This document shows positions 1 to 13,353 of a DNA stretch of 64,000 nucleotides, in pieces (positions within the stretch are counted from its first letter, which is position 1; the number at the start of each line of letters is the position of its first letter). Both the position numbers and the translations under genes were made by a program. The stretch spans positions 13,888,001 to 13,952,000 of the forward strand of contig JBHGNT010000001.1 of the NCBI GenBank assembly GCA_043228905.1. The letters run 5' to 3'. The DNA is from Azolla caroliniana. Its lineage: Eukaryota > Plantae > Polypodiophyta. The notes below the pieces were generated by a model, which ran no database searches, was not told the DNA's origin, and was given only the letters and a program-made list of their open reading frames with translations.

Positions 1-83
1 AGCCTTGAATTGTGACGCAGCTCCGTCAGACCAGACCCAATGTTGAGTAAGCTCCAAACGTTGAGCTAATAACCACTACCAAT

Positions 84-838
84 TGTGAAAGTGTTTTTAG
101 AAGCTAAGCCATTGAACACTAGATGGATATAAAGTATGGATAATTCACATTTGGAGGCTAAGAACACGAACCAAGACCTTAGGAAGAAGTCAAAAGTAAA
201 AGTAAGAGACCAAGAGAAAAGTAAAAAGAGAAAAAGCGGACCATAAAAAACAGTAAAAAAGGAATGGTCATAACTCCTTCGTTTTTCACCCAAATATTAT
301 GTTTAAATATGGGTTAGAAAGCTTGTAAAGAGAGCTATCTATAGCGTTTTAAATCACTAAATTCGGAGCTCTGAGGAAGGAGATATGACGATTAGAAGGT
401 CGTTGGGTCTTAGCTAAAAACAGGAGATAAAAAGCTTCTAAAAATAGCGTGAACGAGGAAGAAGAAGAAAATTATAAAAGAGGAAGTGATAGTCATAGAC
501 GGGGGAACGAATAGGGAGAGGATCCTAATAGAGGAGAGGGAGTCTTAGGAAGAGAAATCTTAGTAATAGAGGAAGGGTCTTAATTGTGGTTTTTGAGTGA
601 TTGGTAGTAAGAAGGTATTTGGTTTCTTAGTTGAATGTGGAGTTTATCTCCTTTGTATTGTCTTGATGATGGAATATCATAACAATATTATCTCTTTCAC
701 ATCTTCTCTATCTTTTTTTCTTAATTTCTTGAGTCTCTCTTGATCTATATAATATATTATGAGTCACAACTCCATCTAACCGGTTTGGTCAAGCCCTCAT
801 ATTGTGTACGACTATCATCTGTCTTAAACACCCTATCA
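84..838. mobile_element. Solo LTR inserted in transposase exon
   Basis: TG...CA termini; perfect 5-bp TSD CCAAT (79-83, 839-843); removing it rejoins FKLHW to *WLLAQRLELTQHWVWSDG in frame. Confidence 0.85.
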
Positions 839-1739
839 CCAATGTAACTTAAAACATTGTTGGACGAACAAGGTATCATGCTTCTTATCATCAGAAATAA
901 AGAAATGAATTACTTTTTTAACATACCTGAAACTCGAAAATATGTTATGTGCACCTGAAACTCGAAAATATGTTCTGTGTACAAAAATGGTTACCTGAAC
1001 TGAACACCAATGCATAGATTGAATTTCATTCTACTGCTTGAAAGTATAATTCTCTGCGAAATCTACTACTGAGACTACTACATCATTTGGGAAATCAGAT
1101 ATGCAAGTCTTAAACTGATGGACCTGCCATGAATAAATGAAGTTGTGTTTAATGAACTTTCCTAGAGATACTACAAACAGAGACACCAAATCCCTTGGTT
1201 TAAGCATCTTCCGAACTAGATCCTTTCTTTTACACACCTTTCCTTCGAAATTGGTGTTCACTGACTCAAATAACTTCACAGAGATCAATATTTCACTACT
1301 CAATTCATTTGGACACCACCTAAATCTAGTAGGGCCACAATCTTGACATAAACCCATGACACATTTATGACTATGGAAGATAGCATCAGTTTCTCTCGAA
1401 CACAATATTGAATCTAATAAATAACTCATGGAAGAGATAACGTGCTCAGATGATTTACACTCCTCTTGCGGGCTTGATTGACAGATTGGGCACCCACATG
1501 TGCAAACTGTATTAGTTAGGGATGCACAATGGTGACGTAGTAGATTAACATAGTCCTTCAAAAAACCCATCTGTACATGGTAAATGCAACAACATGTGTA
1601 TCAATCCTTTAAGCGTCTCACAAAGTGTGGCTTAAGAGACTCGAATGTTTATAGTTGAACTTTGATATTTGGATGCATTCGTTTGAACCTAATAAATAAA
1701 TCGACCTACGTAATAAAGGGGAATTAGTTATTCTCGTAA

Positions 1740-2590
1740 CTAGCTAACTATCCTAGTAGCTAATTAGCTATTCTAGTACCTAATTAGCTATTCTAGTAGC
1801 TAATTAGCTATTCTAGTAGCTAATTAGCTATCATGGTAGCTAATTAGCTATTCTAGTAGCTAATTAGCTATCATGGTGGCTAATTAGCTGTCCTAGTAGC
1901 TAATTAGCTATCATGGTAGCTAATTAGCTATCATGGTAGCTAATTAGCTATCATGGTGGCTAATTAGCTGTCCTAGTAGCTAATTAGCTATCATGGTAGC
2001 TAATTAGCTTTCATAGTAGCTAATTAGCTAATAATAACGAAATTAGCTATCCTAGTAGCTAATTAGTTGTCCTAGTAGCTAATTAGCTGTTCTAGTAGCT
2101 AATTAGCTATCATGGTAGCTAATTAGCTTTCCTAGTAGCTAATTAGCTGGTAATAACTAGAGTAGTTAACTATCATAGTAGCTAATTAGCTATCATGGTA
2201 GCTAATTACCTATTCTAATAGCTAATTAGCTAATTACCTATTCTAATTAGCTATTCTAGTAGCTATTTAGCTATCATGGTAGCTAAAACCCTATTCTAAT
2301 AGCTAATTAGCTATCCTAAAAGCTAATTATCTATTCTGGTAGCTAATTATCTGGTAATAACTAAATTAGCTATTGAGAATAGCTAATTAGCTATCATGGT
2401 AGCTAGTTAGCTATTTTGGTAGCTAATTATCTGGTAGTAACTAAATTAGCTATTGAGAATAGCTAATTAGCTATCATGGTAGTAGCTATTGAGAGTAGCC
2501 AGTTACCTATGTAGTAGCTATCCTAGTAGCTAACTGAGGTAAATGTAACTGATAAGCTAATTAGCTTTTTTGCTAACTGAGCTAATTAAC
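1740..2590. repeat. Intronic ~20-bp minisatellite built on the palindrome TAGCTAATTAGCTA
   Basis: Dozens of TAGCTAATTAGCTA cores separated by 6-nt spacers (TTCTAG/TCATGG/TCCTAG), filling the 1706-2634 intron. Confidence 0.95.
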
Positions 2591-3539
2591 TTTCTGTGTA
2601 CAGTCAAAACAAATGTTGAGATAAATGTAAATACCTGAGGTACATCAAGAAGATGAATGGGATGCTCCTCGTATTGATTTCTTCCAACACGTTTCTAGCA
2701 TAAATCCTTTTTATTGGGTGAAACCCTACTCTTATTAGTCCAAAACATTGTGATTACATCCTTGATTTCTGATGTTATGGGTGTCATTGGCTTACATCTT
2801 GTAGTTAGCTTTAGTAGACTAGTTCCTTCACCCGAGGAAATTATACGGTTCAATGTATTGTACATTATTTTTCTACTAACACCAATTACATTAGATAGCT
2901 CACTGATGTTTATATCGTCAACATCACTATTAAGTAACATCATTAGACTAGACCTTTTTAAGACAAGATCATCTTCTGACCTGCTCATGGATACGAAACT
3001 ATTACGAAGATTATTTACTAAAATAGATGATATGTTTGCCTTAAGACCATCACAATCAACTAAGTCCTTTATCGATGGATCATTTAATATTCCATAAAGT
3101 ACTACCTTCTTTTCTTCATTGCTGGTGTGCTTGGTTTGAACATTGAAATAGTCTACAACCTTTCTCTCTATGATGATAGTTGCATTACTTACATTCTCAA
3201 CTAAACTATCCTTACCTTTACTGAGTGTGGCTTTCGTATCCTTCAACAATTGACAATGTTTCCTTTTTTTTTTCTGCCCAATAGTTTCGTATGGCTTGTT
3301 GTGTCTTGATAGCATCATCCCTATCCTTATGATCATTGAGGGGTAATTCTAAACACCCTTCTTCCCCTTCCATTTGGCTGGACATATTAAAACCCTAAAT
3401 TTCCAGGAAAAAAAAACAAGTATTTAAGATGGCTATGGGCAACAACAATACACAAAAATATTCCACAATACACAAGATTAGACACAACAATACACAAGAT
3501 TAGACACAACAATACACAAGATAATCAATAGACAGAAAA

Positions 3540-3960
3540 GTTATTGCAATCCAAGACCGAACAATTGAGGAGTTCACTCCGTTGGATCGAACAGTTGAGG
3601 AGGCGATCCAGGACCGACCAATGGCGACAACTAAGTGTAGAATGTTGTCGTTGGATGAGTGAACTCTTTCAAATCGAAATATGGAAGCAATCCAGGTCTG
3701 GATAGTAGCGGCAACTAAGTGTAGAATGATGGCAATGGAGGAGAGAACCCCATCAGATTGAACAGTTATCGATGATGCTTGGAACGCATAGAGAAGGCAA
3801 CTGAGAGTAGAATGGCGGTAGTGTTGTTAACGCCGTCGGGTCGAAAAGTGGCAGCAATACACGACCTTCACAGTAGTGGCCCACTGAGTGTAGAGTGGTG
3901 GCAGGTGGACTCAATAGGGTTTAGCAACAGTGGTAGCAACTAACCCACAATACTCAACTA
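3540..3960. repeat. Degenerate repeats upstream of transposase 1
   Basis: Recurring (G)CAACT(A/G)AG(T/A)GTAGA(A/G)TG and GGATCGAACAG-like blocks. Confidence 0.5.
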
Positions 3961-4119
3961 GAGATGGCCTACGTGATGTGGCAAAGGATCATGCATAATG
4001 GACCTAGGAATTCGATATATAATTTATGGTACACATTTATGGTGCACTCAATTTATGTTGCACGTTTATGTTGCACATTTATGGTGCTCATTTACATATG
4101 TAATTAAAACACTCTAGTA

Positions 4120-4250
4120 TTTTTCAATGGTAGTTTTTGCATAGTTAATTTATTAATAATGGCTTTTTGCTAAAATGACTATTTATCAATGGTAGCTTTT
4201 TGCATAGCTAATTAGCTATGTCAAGGACATAGCTAATTGTTTCCACTCTC
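4120..4250 (-). mobile_element. Putative 5' terminus (TIR region) of Sola-like element 1
   Basis: Minus strand begins GAGAGTGGAAACA, matching TAGGGTGGAAGCA at the inferred end of element 2. Contains perfect hairpin AATTAGCTATGTC-AAG-GACATAGCTAATT (4210-4238). The partner TIR is outside the window. Confidence 0.5.
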
Positions 4251-4299
4251 ATGCTTTCACCCTCTACTATTCTATTGTTTGTATTATATGATGTCAATT

Positions 4300-5455
4300 T
4301 ACATTTGGATTAGAACTAGTGTACGCCACAATTCATATTTCAAATTTAGGAAAACAATGGATTAGTACTAGTGTAGCTCCAACGACTAATATGTGGAACC
4401 CTATTTGTGGGTTAGTATTGGTAGTACTCTTAATATATAATTGGTATGGGTAGTTGAACGAATATTTTCCAGAATTAGTACTATTTGAGTAATTTGGGAA
4501 TCAGGTGTGACATTGTTCAGGATTGGTACTAGTTATGTAATTTGAGCACAAGGTATGTAGTACACTATTAACGATTAGTACTAAACATGTAATTTGGGAA
4601 TTAGGAGTGTAGAACACATATCATGATTAGTACTACTTGTATGCAAAATACCACTTTAGTACTAAAGAAAGAAGTTGTTTAGATGTATTTGTTGGATAAG
4701 TTGTTCGTCCAATCTATATTACAACTTGCCTAGTACTAGTTTAGTACACACTATACTTGTAGTACATTGTTCACTATTAGTACTATTTGTGTGATTTGGG
4801 AATTAGTTGTGTAGTACATTGTTCACGATTAGTACTAGTTATGTAATTTGGGAACAATGTGTATAGTAAATTGCTGAAGATATAGTATTGTTTGTGTAAT
4901 TTGGAAATGAGGTGTGTCAAACACATATCACGATTAGTATTACTTGGGTGCAAAATACTACTTTTGTACTAAAGTAGGGAGTTGTTCACTTGGAGTACAT
5001 TGTTCACTATTACTATTTCTGTTATTTGGGAATTAGTTGTGTAGTACATTGTTCACGATTAGTACTAGTTATGTAATTTGGGAAGAAAGTGTGTAATAAA
5101 TTGTTGAAGATTAATACTATTTGTGTAATTTTGGAATTAAGTGTGTAGAACACATATCACGTTTAGTATTACTTGTGTGCAAAATGCCATTTTAGTACTA
5201 AAGTAGGAAGTTGTTTAGATGTATTTGTTGGATTAGATGTTAGTCCAATCTATATTACAACGTGCCTAGTACTAGCGTTAGTACACACTATACTTGTAGT
5301 ACATTGTTGACGATTAGTACTAGTTGTGTAATTTGGGAACTAAGTGAGTAGTACATTATTCATTATTAGTACTAGTTTTGTAATTTGGGAACTAAGTGAG
5401 TAATACATTGTTCACGATTAGTACTAGTTGTGTAATATGGGAACTGGGTGTAGCC
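4300..5455. repeat. AT-rich degenerate tandem array with TAGTACTA palindromes
   Basis: Repeated GTAGTACATTGTTCACGATTAGTACTAGTT..GTAATTTGGGAA units (~50-55 bp) plus a higher-order duplication (about 4600-4900 vs 5140-5450). Confidence 0.85.
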
Positions 5456-5517
5456 TAATGATTTAGTAATGCAGCTCTTGTCACCTACATTGTATTTTTT
5501 ATATCACGGTACTAACG

Positions 5518-7302
5518 TTGAAGGTTTCTTTGTTTCTTGCAATGAATGTTGTAGTGTCAAGCAACTCCACACCAGGGAAGGTAATGGAACAACCATCTCA
5601 TGTGCCTAGACCCTCGGTATCTGCTGCACATTCCAAGGTTCAAGGACCTTCATTACCAGTAACCTATGAGTTTTATGATGAAGATGAATGTATGAGAAGA
5701 GCCATTGGAGTAGTGGAACATATGCTTCTACAAACAAATTCCCCAAGCTCTGGTCAACATCACAACAATCTAGGTACCACAAATTGAGTTAGCATATCTT
5801 ATTTCTCATTTGTGTGTATGTTGAATGCCTAATGTCTTTAAAAAAGAGCCCACTAAGAAGAGGAATGTTGCAAGAAAGTTGTATGGAAAGGGCAAGAAAG
5901 GCAGAGTTGAATGCAATGGTGAGTCATATATGTTCTCACCTATCCGGAGAGTTGTCAAACTAATGCATTGTCTAATACCATGTACTTGTGTTACTAGCTG
6001 ATGACGAAGTGATCTTTGGTGAGGGAGATACAAGTCCAAAACCTGATCATGAAGACGAATTTATCACACTCCCAGGTACACGTCAAAAGCCCTCTAAGAA
6101 AACAATGATTTAGATCATAACAACCCTATTATAGTGGTGCTTTTGGTGTATTCTATAGATACTATTATGAAATCTTCTCTTGACAATGAGCTCCAACCTG
6201 CGATTGTCACCATCCCTAAATCTGATGAACACTTAAGATGTTGTGGAGAAGATGACTGAGCCAACCACTTGCAATGGGTTGTCTACGGTTGTACAGTATG
6301 ACGATGTAACAATAGGTAAAAATGTGGCTATTAACCCTATGTTCATTGCAAACTTTTGAGTATGTGAGTTGATACTAATATTCTCTGGGATCCCATTATT
6401 TAGGTTTACAAGAGCAGTCTGACTCCCAACTGCAATCAAATGAATCGGGAACTATATGGAGCACAAGTACAGAGTCAGGTTCTGGGATTAACCTTTGCAC
6501 TGAGGCAGACTATAGAAGCACATCTTCCACACATGAGGATTGTGAAAAGACGGACGCATTCATATTTGAAGAGCAGCTGGCATGTACAAACAACAATTTG
6601 TCTAAAGAAGCCCATGAGGAGTGTGGAAAGAATATCGCTAGTATTGAAGAGGAGCCTAATTGTACTGAGAATGTGCTAGTAGTGTCTATAGAATCCCATG
6701 AGGAGTGTGGAAAGAATATCGCTAGTACTGAAGAGGAGCTTGATTGTACTGAGAACGAGCATACTAGCATCACCCATGAGGACCAGGCAATAAAGACCAC
6801 CCAAGAAGGGGAGCACAATTGTCTTAAGAATGAGGTGACAGCCACCGTACAAGAGGAGTTGGCCATGAGTATTGCCACAGCCCACATACAAGAGTCTGAT
6901 TGTACTAAGAACGAGGATACTAGCATCATCGATACCACCCAAGAAGGGGAGCACAATGGTCTTAAGAATGAGGTGATTATCACCAGCCAAGAGGAGTTCA
7001 CCATGAGTACTGTTATAGCCCACATACAAGATCAACAACATGTGGAGAACAAGATGAGTGATAATTTGACTATCAACAATACCTTTGTGGATGCGTGTAC
7101 AAGCATTGCAGTTGCAGAAAACACAGTTGCTCTCTCAAGCTTGCCACAAGGTGCCCGTACATCCACGCATGTCTCTGATAACTCTGATGATGAAGTGCCA
7201 CTTAGTAAGCTGATACCTAAAGGCTTTAAGATAAAGAAGAATGTAAAATCACAAAAAATTGGCACCGATAACAAGCGGATTACAAGATCGGCGAAATTGT
7301 GA
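5518..7302 (+). pseudogene. 3' part of an unknown, probably spliced gene with acidic/Thr-rich internal repeats (likely second gene of element 2)
   Basis: ORFs 5518-5787 and 6598-7302 (EECGKNIAS x2, TTQEGEHNxLKNEV x2, basic C-terminal tail); frameshifts and stops; convergent with transposase 2. Confidence 0.4.
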
Positions 7303-8571
7303 AATGGTGTCTGATTGTCTTTCTATTGTACTTGAACTATAGCTTATCTGTGATGTTGTACTTGAACTATTTGGTATACCAAAATACTGTCTAAATTGCT
7401 AATGTGAAATGTTGTACTGAGTCCAATTCACTCATCTAGTGTTGTTAACATAATGTGAAATTCTATGTATTCTATTGTCAATTGTCATGCAGCCATGATT
7501 GTGTTGGACTACAACTGAACTGTTATTGATGTCTATACTTGAACTATTTGTAATACCAGCGTAAGACCATATCACTCATTTAGTGTTGTTAGCGTAATGT
7601 GAAATTCTATATTGCTAATTGTAGAGAATGAGAATGTATTCTATTGTCAATTGTCACAACCATGATTGTGTTGATTACAAATAAAATTCTCCCCATGTCT
7701 AATTGTAGAGAATGAGAATGTATTCTATTGTCAATTTGTCATGAATGTATTATGTCTGTGTAGCTAGGAACATTTGACATTCATATTAGTACTAAAATAA
7801 GATGTATGTATCCGTCTAACTGAGATACTTTGGGAGACTACTATGTATTAGTGAACACTTACAATTGACATTAGTACTAAACTAATATGTATATTGTAAT
7901 AAGTTTGGGCTATATTGATACTTGCGAAGTATGGTCTCCTTGAGTGCACATAGTCTGAGTTGAATAGAGACTTAACACAATAGGGATTAGACTACTGGTA
8001 TTGATAGTTTAATAAGTTTGGGCCATATTGATGTTACTAAGTATTGAAGACTTCACACCCTAAACCCTAGAAACAAGCAACCCTATAATTACCATGAACA
8101 CTTACAAAACAAGCTCAATAAATACTCTAAACACTTTAGAAGACAAACAAAATATATCAATTCATTTGTCAATCATCAAAATTAATAACCAATCTAGATA
8201 CAATGTACAAATAGTGAACTACAAGCGGATGTTTTTCAGTTGCCAACTACAATGTATTAATAGGTAACTTTCAAGCATTAAACAGAGAGACCTCCCCTAA
8301 TATGTGCTCATGAACCTCTTGGGGAACCTTGTAGGCAGTGTTGTATCCCTTAACCTTGTGCTTTGCTTGAGTCATATTGAACTTGATCGCAAGAATGGCA
8401 GCAGCGTAGATTATTGCGGTGGGTGCATCTTTTAGTAATGCATATGTGTTCTTGCACTGCGGCAACTTTGCATAATAGTTTCCATGAACGACAAACTCAC
8501 CAACATTGAACATGTTGCCCCAGCCATCCCTCACCACTTCTTTCAATAATGTCTTTCCTTGCTTGCATACC

Positions 8572-9028
8572 TGTAAGAGACATGTACTAATGTAAGCATT
8601 AGATAAGGATAGAATATAGATAAATAGATAGAAAGGAGAGAGAGAAAGAAGGGTGCCGATCCACCCGACCACCCCCGAGCGAAGGGATCGAGACAAACTC
8701 GAGCCTCGATTGGCGTCCCATACCACCGCCGTGGCGTCGAGTCGTACATGGTGTTGGCGCACTCGTTACAAGAGTTGACCCACCACAAGATAGAGTCTCA
8801 ACGTAGTCAACAAGATGATCCAATGAGGGTAGCTAGGCCTCTTATTTATCACGATACCCAAGGCCCCCAGGCAAGTTCACACTTGGCCTAATGGGTTGTC
8901 TCAATCCCGAGGATTAAAAGTAATCCTCCCCTTCTTTACACTCTCGTTTAACCCTCACACTTATCCACGTGTATAGAATACTACGGTAAATTCTGACCAC
9001 GGGATATTATATGGTCATGCCCGTAACA
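8572..9028. mobile_element. Solo LTR in last exon of transposase 2
   Basis: TGTAA...TAACA termini; TSD ATACC/ACACC (8567-8571, 9029-9033; one transition); removal rejoins YYIVV-CKQGKTLL in frame. Confidence 0.8.
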
Positions 9029-9619
9029 ACACCACAATGTAGTAGTCTTCTAAATCTTCATTCTGAGGAGATTTGAGCACTGCAAAATTATCTCCAACTT
9101 CCAATAAAATTGCCAAGTCTTGATGTTGGTTGTAGTATACAATATCGTTTGAATGTGCATCCTCTTCAATATCATCTTGTCGTTTAGGCTCAAGCTTCAG
9201 TAGCTTCCAGGGCTCCATGATTGATAGGTTGATGCATTCATCCCAAGCTTCATCTATACACATGGAACAAAAGCATGATAAAGTACGGAGTAACAATTGT
9301 GTTGTGTCCTTGCAACTAAACCCTAATACACAATGGGTGTACAACCATGTGATTTAGTTCCATCGACCTCAGCAGTGCGAACCTCAACAAACAATCTGTT
9401 CTTACCATCATTTGACACCTTCCATGTTAGCCACTCCACAACATCATGTGCATTTTGTAACTTAGCACCATTATTATCCAACTGCTCAATTGTAAGAGCA
9501 CGTTTGATCACAACCCCTGCACCATCATGCTCTCCTTTTCCATGTCCAGACTCGAAGTAGTTCCATTGCATACGAATGTTGAATAGGGAGAAGTACCTGC
9601 TTTTGTATCCCAGGTTTCC

Positions 9620-10615
9620 AACAAATATTAGTACTATGTTGTCAATCGAGAGTATTATACATCCATTAATATTGATTTAGTACAAATACAAAACAAAGCA
9701 TAGCACAACATATCCATGGAGAACACTCTACACCGATTAAAAGATAAATAGTACTATGTTGTCAACCAACAATACTTAGCATCCATTAATACTAATTTAG
9801 TATGGATACAGCACAAAGCATAGTACAATGTGTTCATGGAAAACACTCTACATGTATTAAAAGATAATTAGTACAAACTCTTCAATATAGGACAATACTA
9901 TGTTGCTGACGACGAGTACTTTACATCCATTAATACTGATTTAGTACAGATAAAACACACGGTACAATATAATGTGTCCATGGAGAACACTCAACATGGA
10001 TTAAAAGAAAATTAGTACAAACTCTTCAATATATGACAGTACTATGAGTACAAGCTGTGTACTTTACATTGTTCAATAAATACTGATTTAGTACAGATAC
10101 AACACAGAGTACAATATAATGTGTCCATGGAGAACACTCAACATGGATTAAAAGAAAATTAGTACAAACTCTTCAATATATGACAGTACTATGAGTACAA
10201 GCTGTGTACTTTACATTGTTCAATAAATACTGATTTAGTACAGATACAACACAGAGTACAATACAATGTGTCCATGGAGAACACTCAACATGGATTAAAC
10301 GATAATTAGTACAAACTCTTAAGAACGGACAATACTATGAGTACAAGATGAGTACTTTACATCCTTCAATAAATATTGATTTAGTACATATACAACACAC
10401 AGTACAATACAATGTGTCCATGGAGAACACTCAACATGGATTAAAAGATAATTAGTACAAACTCTTAAGAATGGACAATACTATGAGTACAAGACGAGTA
10501 CTTTACATCCTTCAATAAATATTGATTTAGTACAGATACAATGTGGCTATGGAGAACACTTTACATGGATTAAAAGATAATAAACACTATTTCATGTGAC
10601 AGGATAATACTATGT
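9620..10615. repeat. Intronic tandem repeat, ~146-147-bp unit
   Basis: AATA(C/T)TGATTTAGTACA recurs at about 9932, 10079, 10226, 10372 and 10518; shorter older units at 9668 and 9788. Confidence 0.9.
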
Positions 10616-12979
10616 GATCAATCAAGAACACTTAACATAGTTACAAACATAATTAGTATGCATGCATCCATTTGAATAGTATTGTGTTGTCTATCAAGAG
10701 TTTTTAATGTAGCTGAAAACATTAAATAGTATTGATGCACAAGGGCAAACAGAACTAAGTTGGAGGTGACATGATAGAAGAATACCCACTTGTCTTGCAA
10801 GAACACTAAAACAGGGAGTACAAACGCAATAGGGAGTACCATATTAAGATGTAAACTTTGAACCCAACAAGTAGGAGAATTACAAGTAGTACTGATTCAC
10901 GTGAAGAATGAGCACTAACACAAGAATTACTTCCTTAGACATTGCATTATAAGTACTAAACATATGGATTAAAAATTACATGGCGATAAAGTAGAACGAT
11001 CGTACCGCCTTAAACTGTGAGGCAACACCATCAGACCAAACCCAATGACAATTAAAGTTAAACCCTAGAGACAATAAATCTGCATGGTGAAGCTTAAAAT
11101 AATGTTGAACAAATAGTGTATCATGCTTTTTATCATCTAAAATGTAAAATATTGATTTCTTATGTAACTCACCATCTTGTCTCCAATAGCAAATATGTAC
11201 AAGTATTGTACATTGATCATTGTACGAATGCATTGATTGAACCTCATTTTGAACTTTAAATGTATAGTTTTCTGCAAAGTCAATAATTGATACGATGACA
11301 CCCGTTGGTAAGTTATTAATACATTCCTTGAACTGTGAATTTTGCCAATAACTCCGGAAGTTATCTGGAATGAACTCCCCAAGTTGTTTCTTAAATTCTA
11401 AGACAAGGGTGGCAGCACATGTCTCCTTATATACTTCCTTGATATGCTTAGTTACAAGCCCCTTGCCAATATTTTCAGTCACATACTCTAAATATTTCCA
11501 TTTCACAATATGACTGTTTCCACAATCAAGCTCCTACCTACAAAATAATGGTAGCAGACAAACCTTACATGTTCTTAAAAGACATGTACAACGATGCCAC
11601 TCACATGACGGTTCTTTTTCACAAACACAATACCTCCATAACTCAGAAACAGATGCATAAGTCATGTTTCGTGCATTACACCTATTATCCTCCCCATTTG
11701 GTCTACAAACCTCACAAGCGTAGACACATAATACGTTGTGTATACCCTTAGAATCAGTATGCATTGCATTCACTCCAAGCCTTACATGTCCATCTTCACG
11801 TGGTACACACAACAACATGTCTTCCTCTCATTTAATTTTCTAACATAATATGGTTTCAAACTTTGGAACTTGCAGAATCCAATAGTCAAGATTGGATGTT
11901 GGTCTTTAAAGTTCATGTACAATTCAGCCTACATCAACCAATATATATAGCAAACATTAATATACACTTGGTCAAAACAAAAATTTATGGAATGTGAATT
12001 GATATAAAAAAATGGAATACCTCTGTCATCTCCAAGAAGTGTCTAGGGTGAATCTGGTACTTACCCTAACTTATTCGTTATCTACACACGTCCTTCTTAT
12101 TTGGTGAGACACGCGTATTTTTTGCCCAAAATGAATCCACTTTCTCGATAATCTCTTGAGATAAGGCATCGCATCATCGTCTACGTCCCAACCCTAGCCA
12201 CTTGAATTGGCTTGAGTGTATATTTCAGCGATGTTTCCTCAAGTTCCTTCTTTAAATACCCAGGGCTAAGGCAACTTTAGTATCACTATATTTTTTTTCT
12301 CTCGCACCGTTCACAACCATGTGTAGGGTTGCCCTCTTTGCAACAAGTTTGTTTATGCTCTCTACACCTTTCACTAAGTCTAGGGATGACTTCATAGACT
12401 CTACAATTTCTTCTGAAACACATTGGTCCCTAAATTTTATTCTCCCCATGTCTTCATTCAAACGTTGTTGGTGTAACACTCTACATATAATATCCCTACG
12501 ATCCTCTTCACTAAATCTCTTCGTTATTTCTACCAAATAACGGACTATGTGAAGAACCACTCGTCTCTTGGTCCTTTTAGATATACATTAGTTACTTGAC
12601 AACTCACTCTCATTGGGGATCCCCATTTGGTCACTAGATTTATCCAAAAAAATTAAGTGTCTTGCGAGAGTAGTTAATGTTATATAGACTACACTAAGAA
12701 ATCACAGTCAAATATTTTAAAATGTGGCCTGCAAAGTGGGAAATCATTCGTTTCAAACATTAGAATTACGGCTCAAAATGACAATTAATCATTTCTTTAT
12801 TCTCAGATTTCTGAAAATGAAAAAATAGATTTACGAATATGAGACTATAGAATTCTATAAATGTCAAAATTAAGAATAGGGGTGCTTACCAAATAAATCA
12901 ATTATTGTTGAAGTCTCAAACAAGTATTGGAATACTTTCAAATGAGTGGAAGAAGTGACGAAGATGAATGTCGTATTAT

Positions 12980-13260
12980 GCCTCCAATCGATGGGCAAAC
13001 CCTCAAATCAATGGAGGATGCCTTGTATTTCAGCAACAATATGCCTCAAATCGGTGGAAGGAACCTCCAATGGTGAAGGGAGCCTTGAATTTGTGTGATA
13101 TGCCACCTCGATTCGGTGGAAGGATCCTCGCCTCGGTGGAGGGAGCCTTGAAACTGTGTGATATGTTGCCTCAATTCGGTGGAAGGATCCTCGCCTCCGT
13201 GGAAAAAGCCTCAAATCACCGCAAGATAAACTGCAATCGGTGGAAGAAGTAAGAAAATCA
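12980..13260. repeat. ~57-bp tandem repeats upstream of transposase 2
   Basis: CCTC(A/G)ATTCGGTGGAAGGATCCTCGCCTC repeated, with degenerate flanking copies. Confidence 0.75.
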
Positions 13261-13353
13261 TTCTCGAAGAAGTCACTATTGGTTGTTATAAGAGGCCTCA
13301 AAACAGTCTCTAATCCTCAACTCAAACCTTAAAACATGTTTAGTATTGAAGCA

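Larger units (their letters stand above)
1..3336 (-). pseudogene. Decayed spliced DDD-type transposase, Sola-like (element 1); continues beyond left window edge
   Basis: Minus-strand motifs SRVSPNKKDLC, TCCCIYH, VVSVVDFAENYTF, EIQSMHW, ISDDKKHDTLFVQ and QHWVWSDGAASQFKA (bases 1-63). GT-AG intron 1706-2634; several in-frame stops; 28-bp duplication near 925-980; split by solo LTR 84-838. Sola (Sola2-type) assignment is from recalled motif signatures. Confidence 0.7.
8271..12560 (-). pseudogene. Decayed spliced Sola-like transposase (element 2)
   Basis: Motifs TRVSPNKKDVC, TCCCVYH, IIDFAENYTFKVQNEVQSMH, HWVWSDGVASQFKA, WNYFESGHGKGEHDGAG, SCFCSMC. Introns 11929-12020 and 9597-10979 (GT-AG). Paralog of the 1-3336 copy. 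Confidence 0.75.

Noticed and set aside
1740-2590. CRISPR-like look of palindromic repeats with spacers
   Set aside because: Spacers are only ~6 nt and recurrent, there are no cas genes, and the context is a eukaryotic intron.
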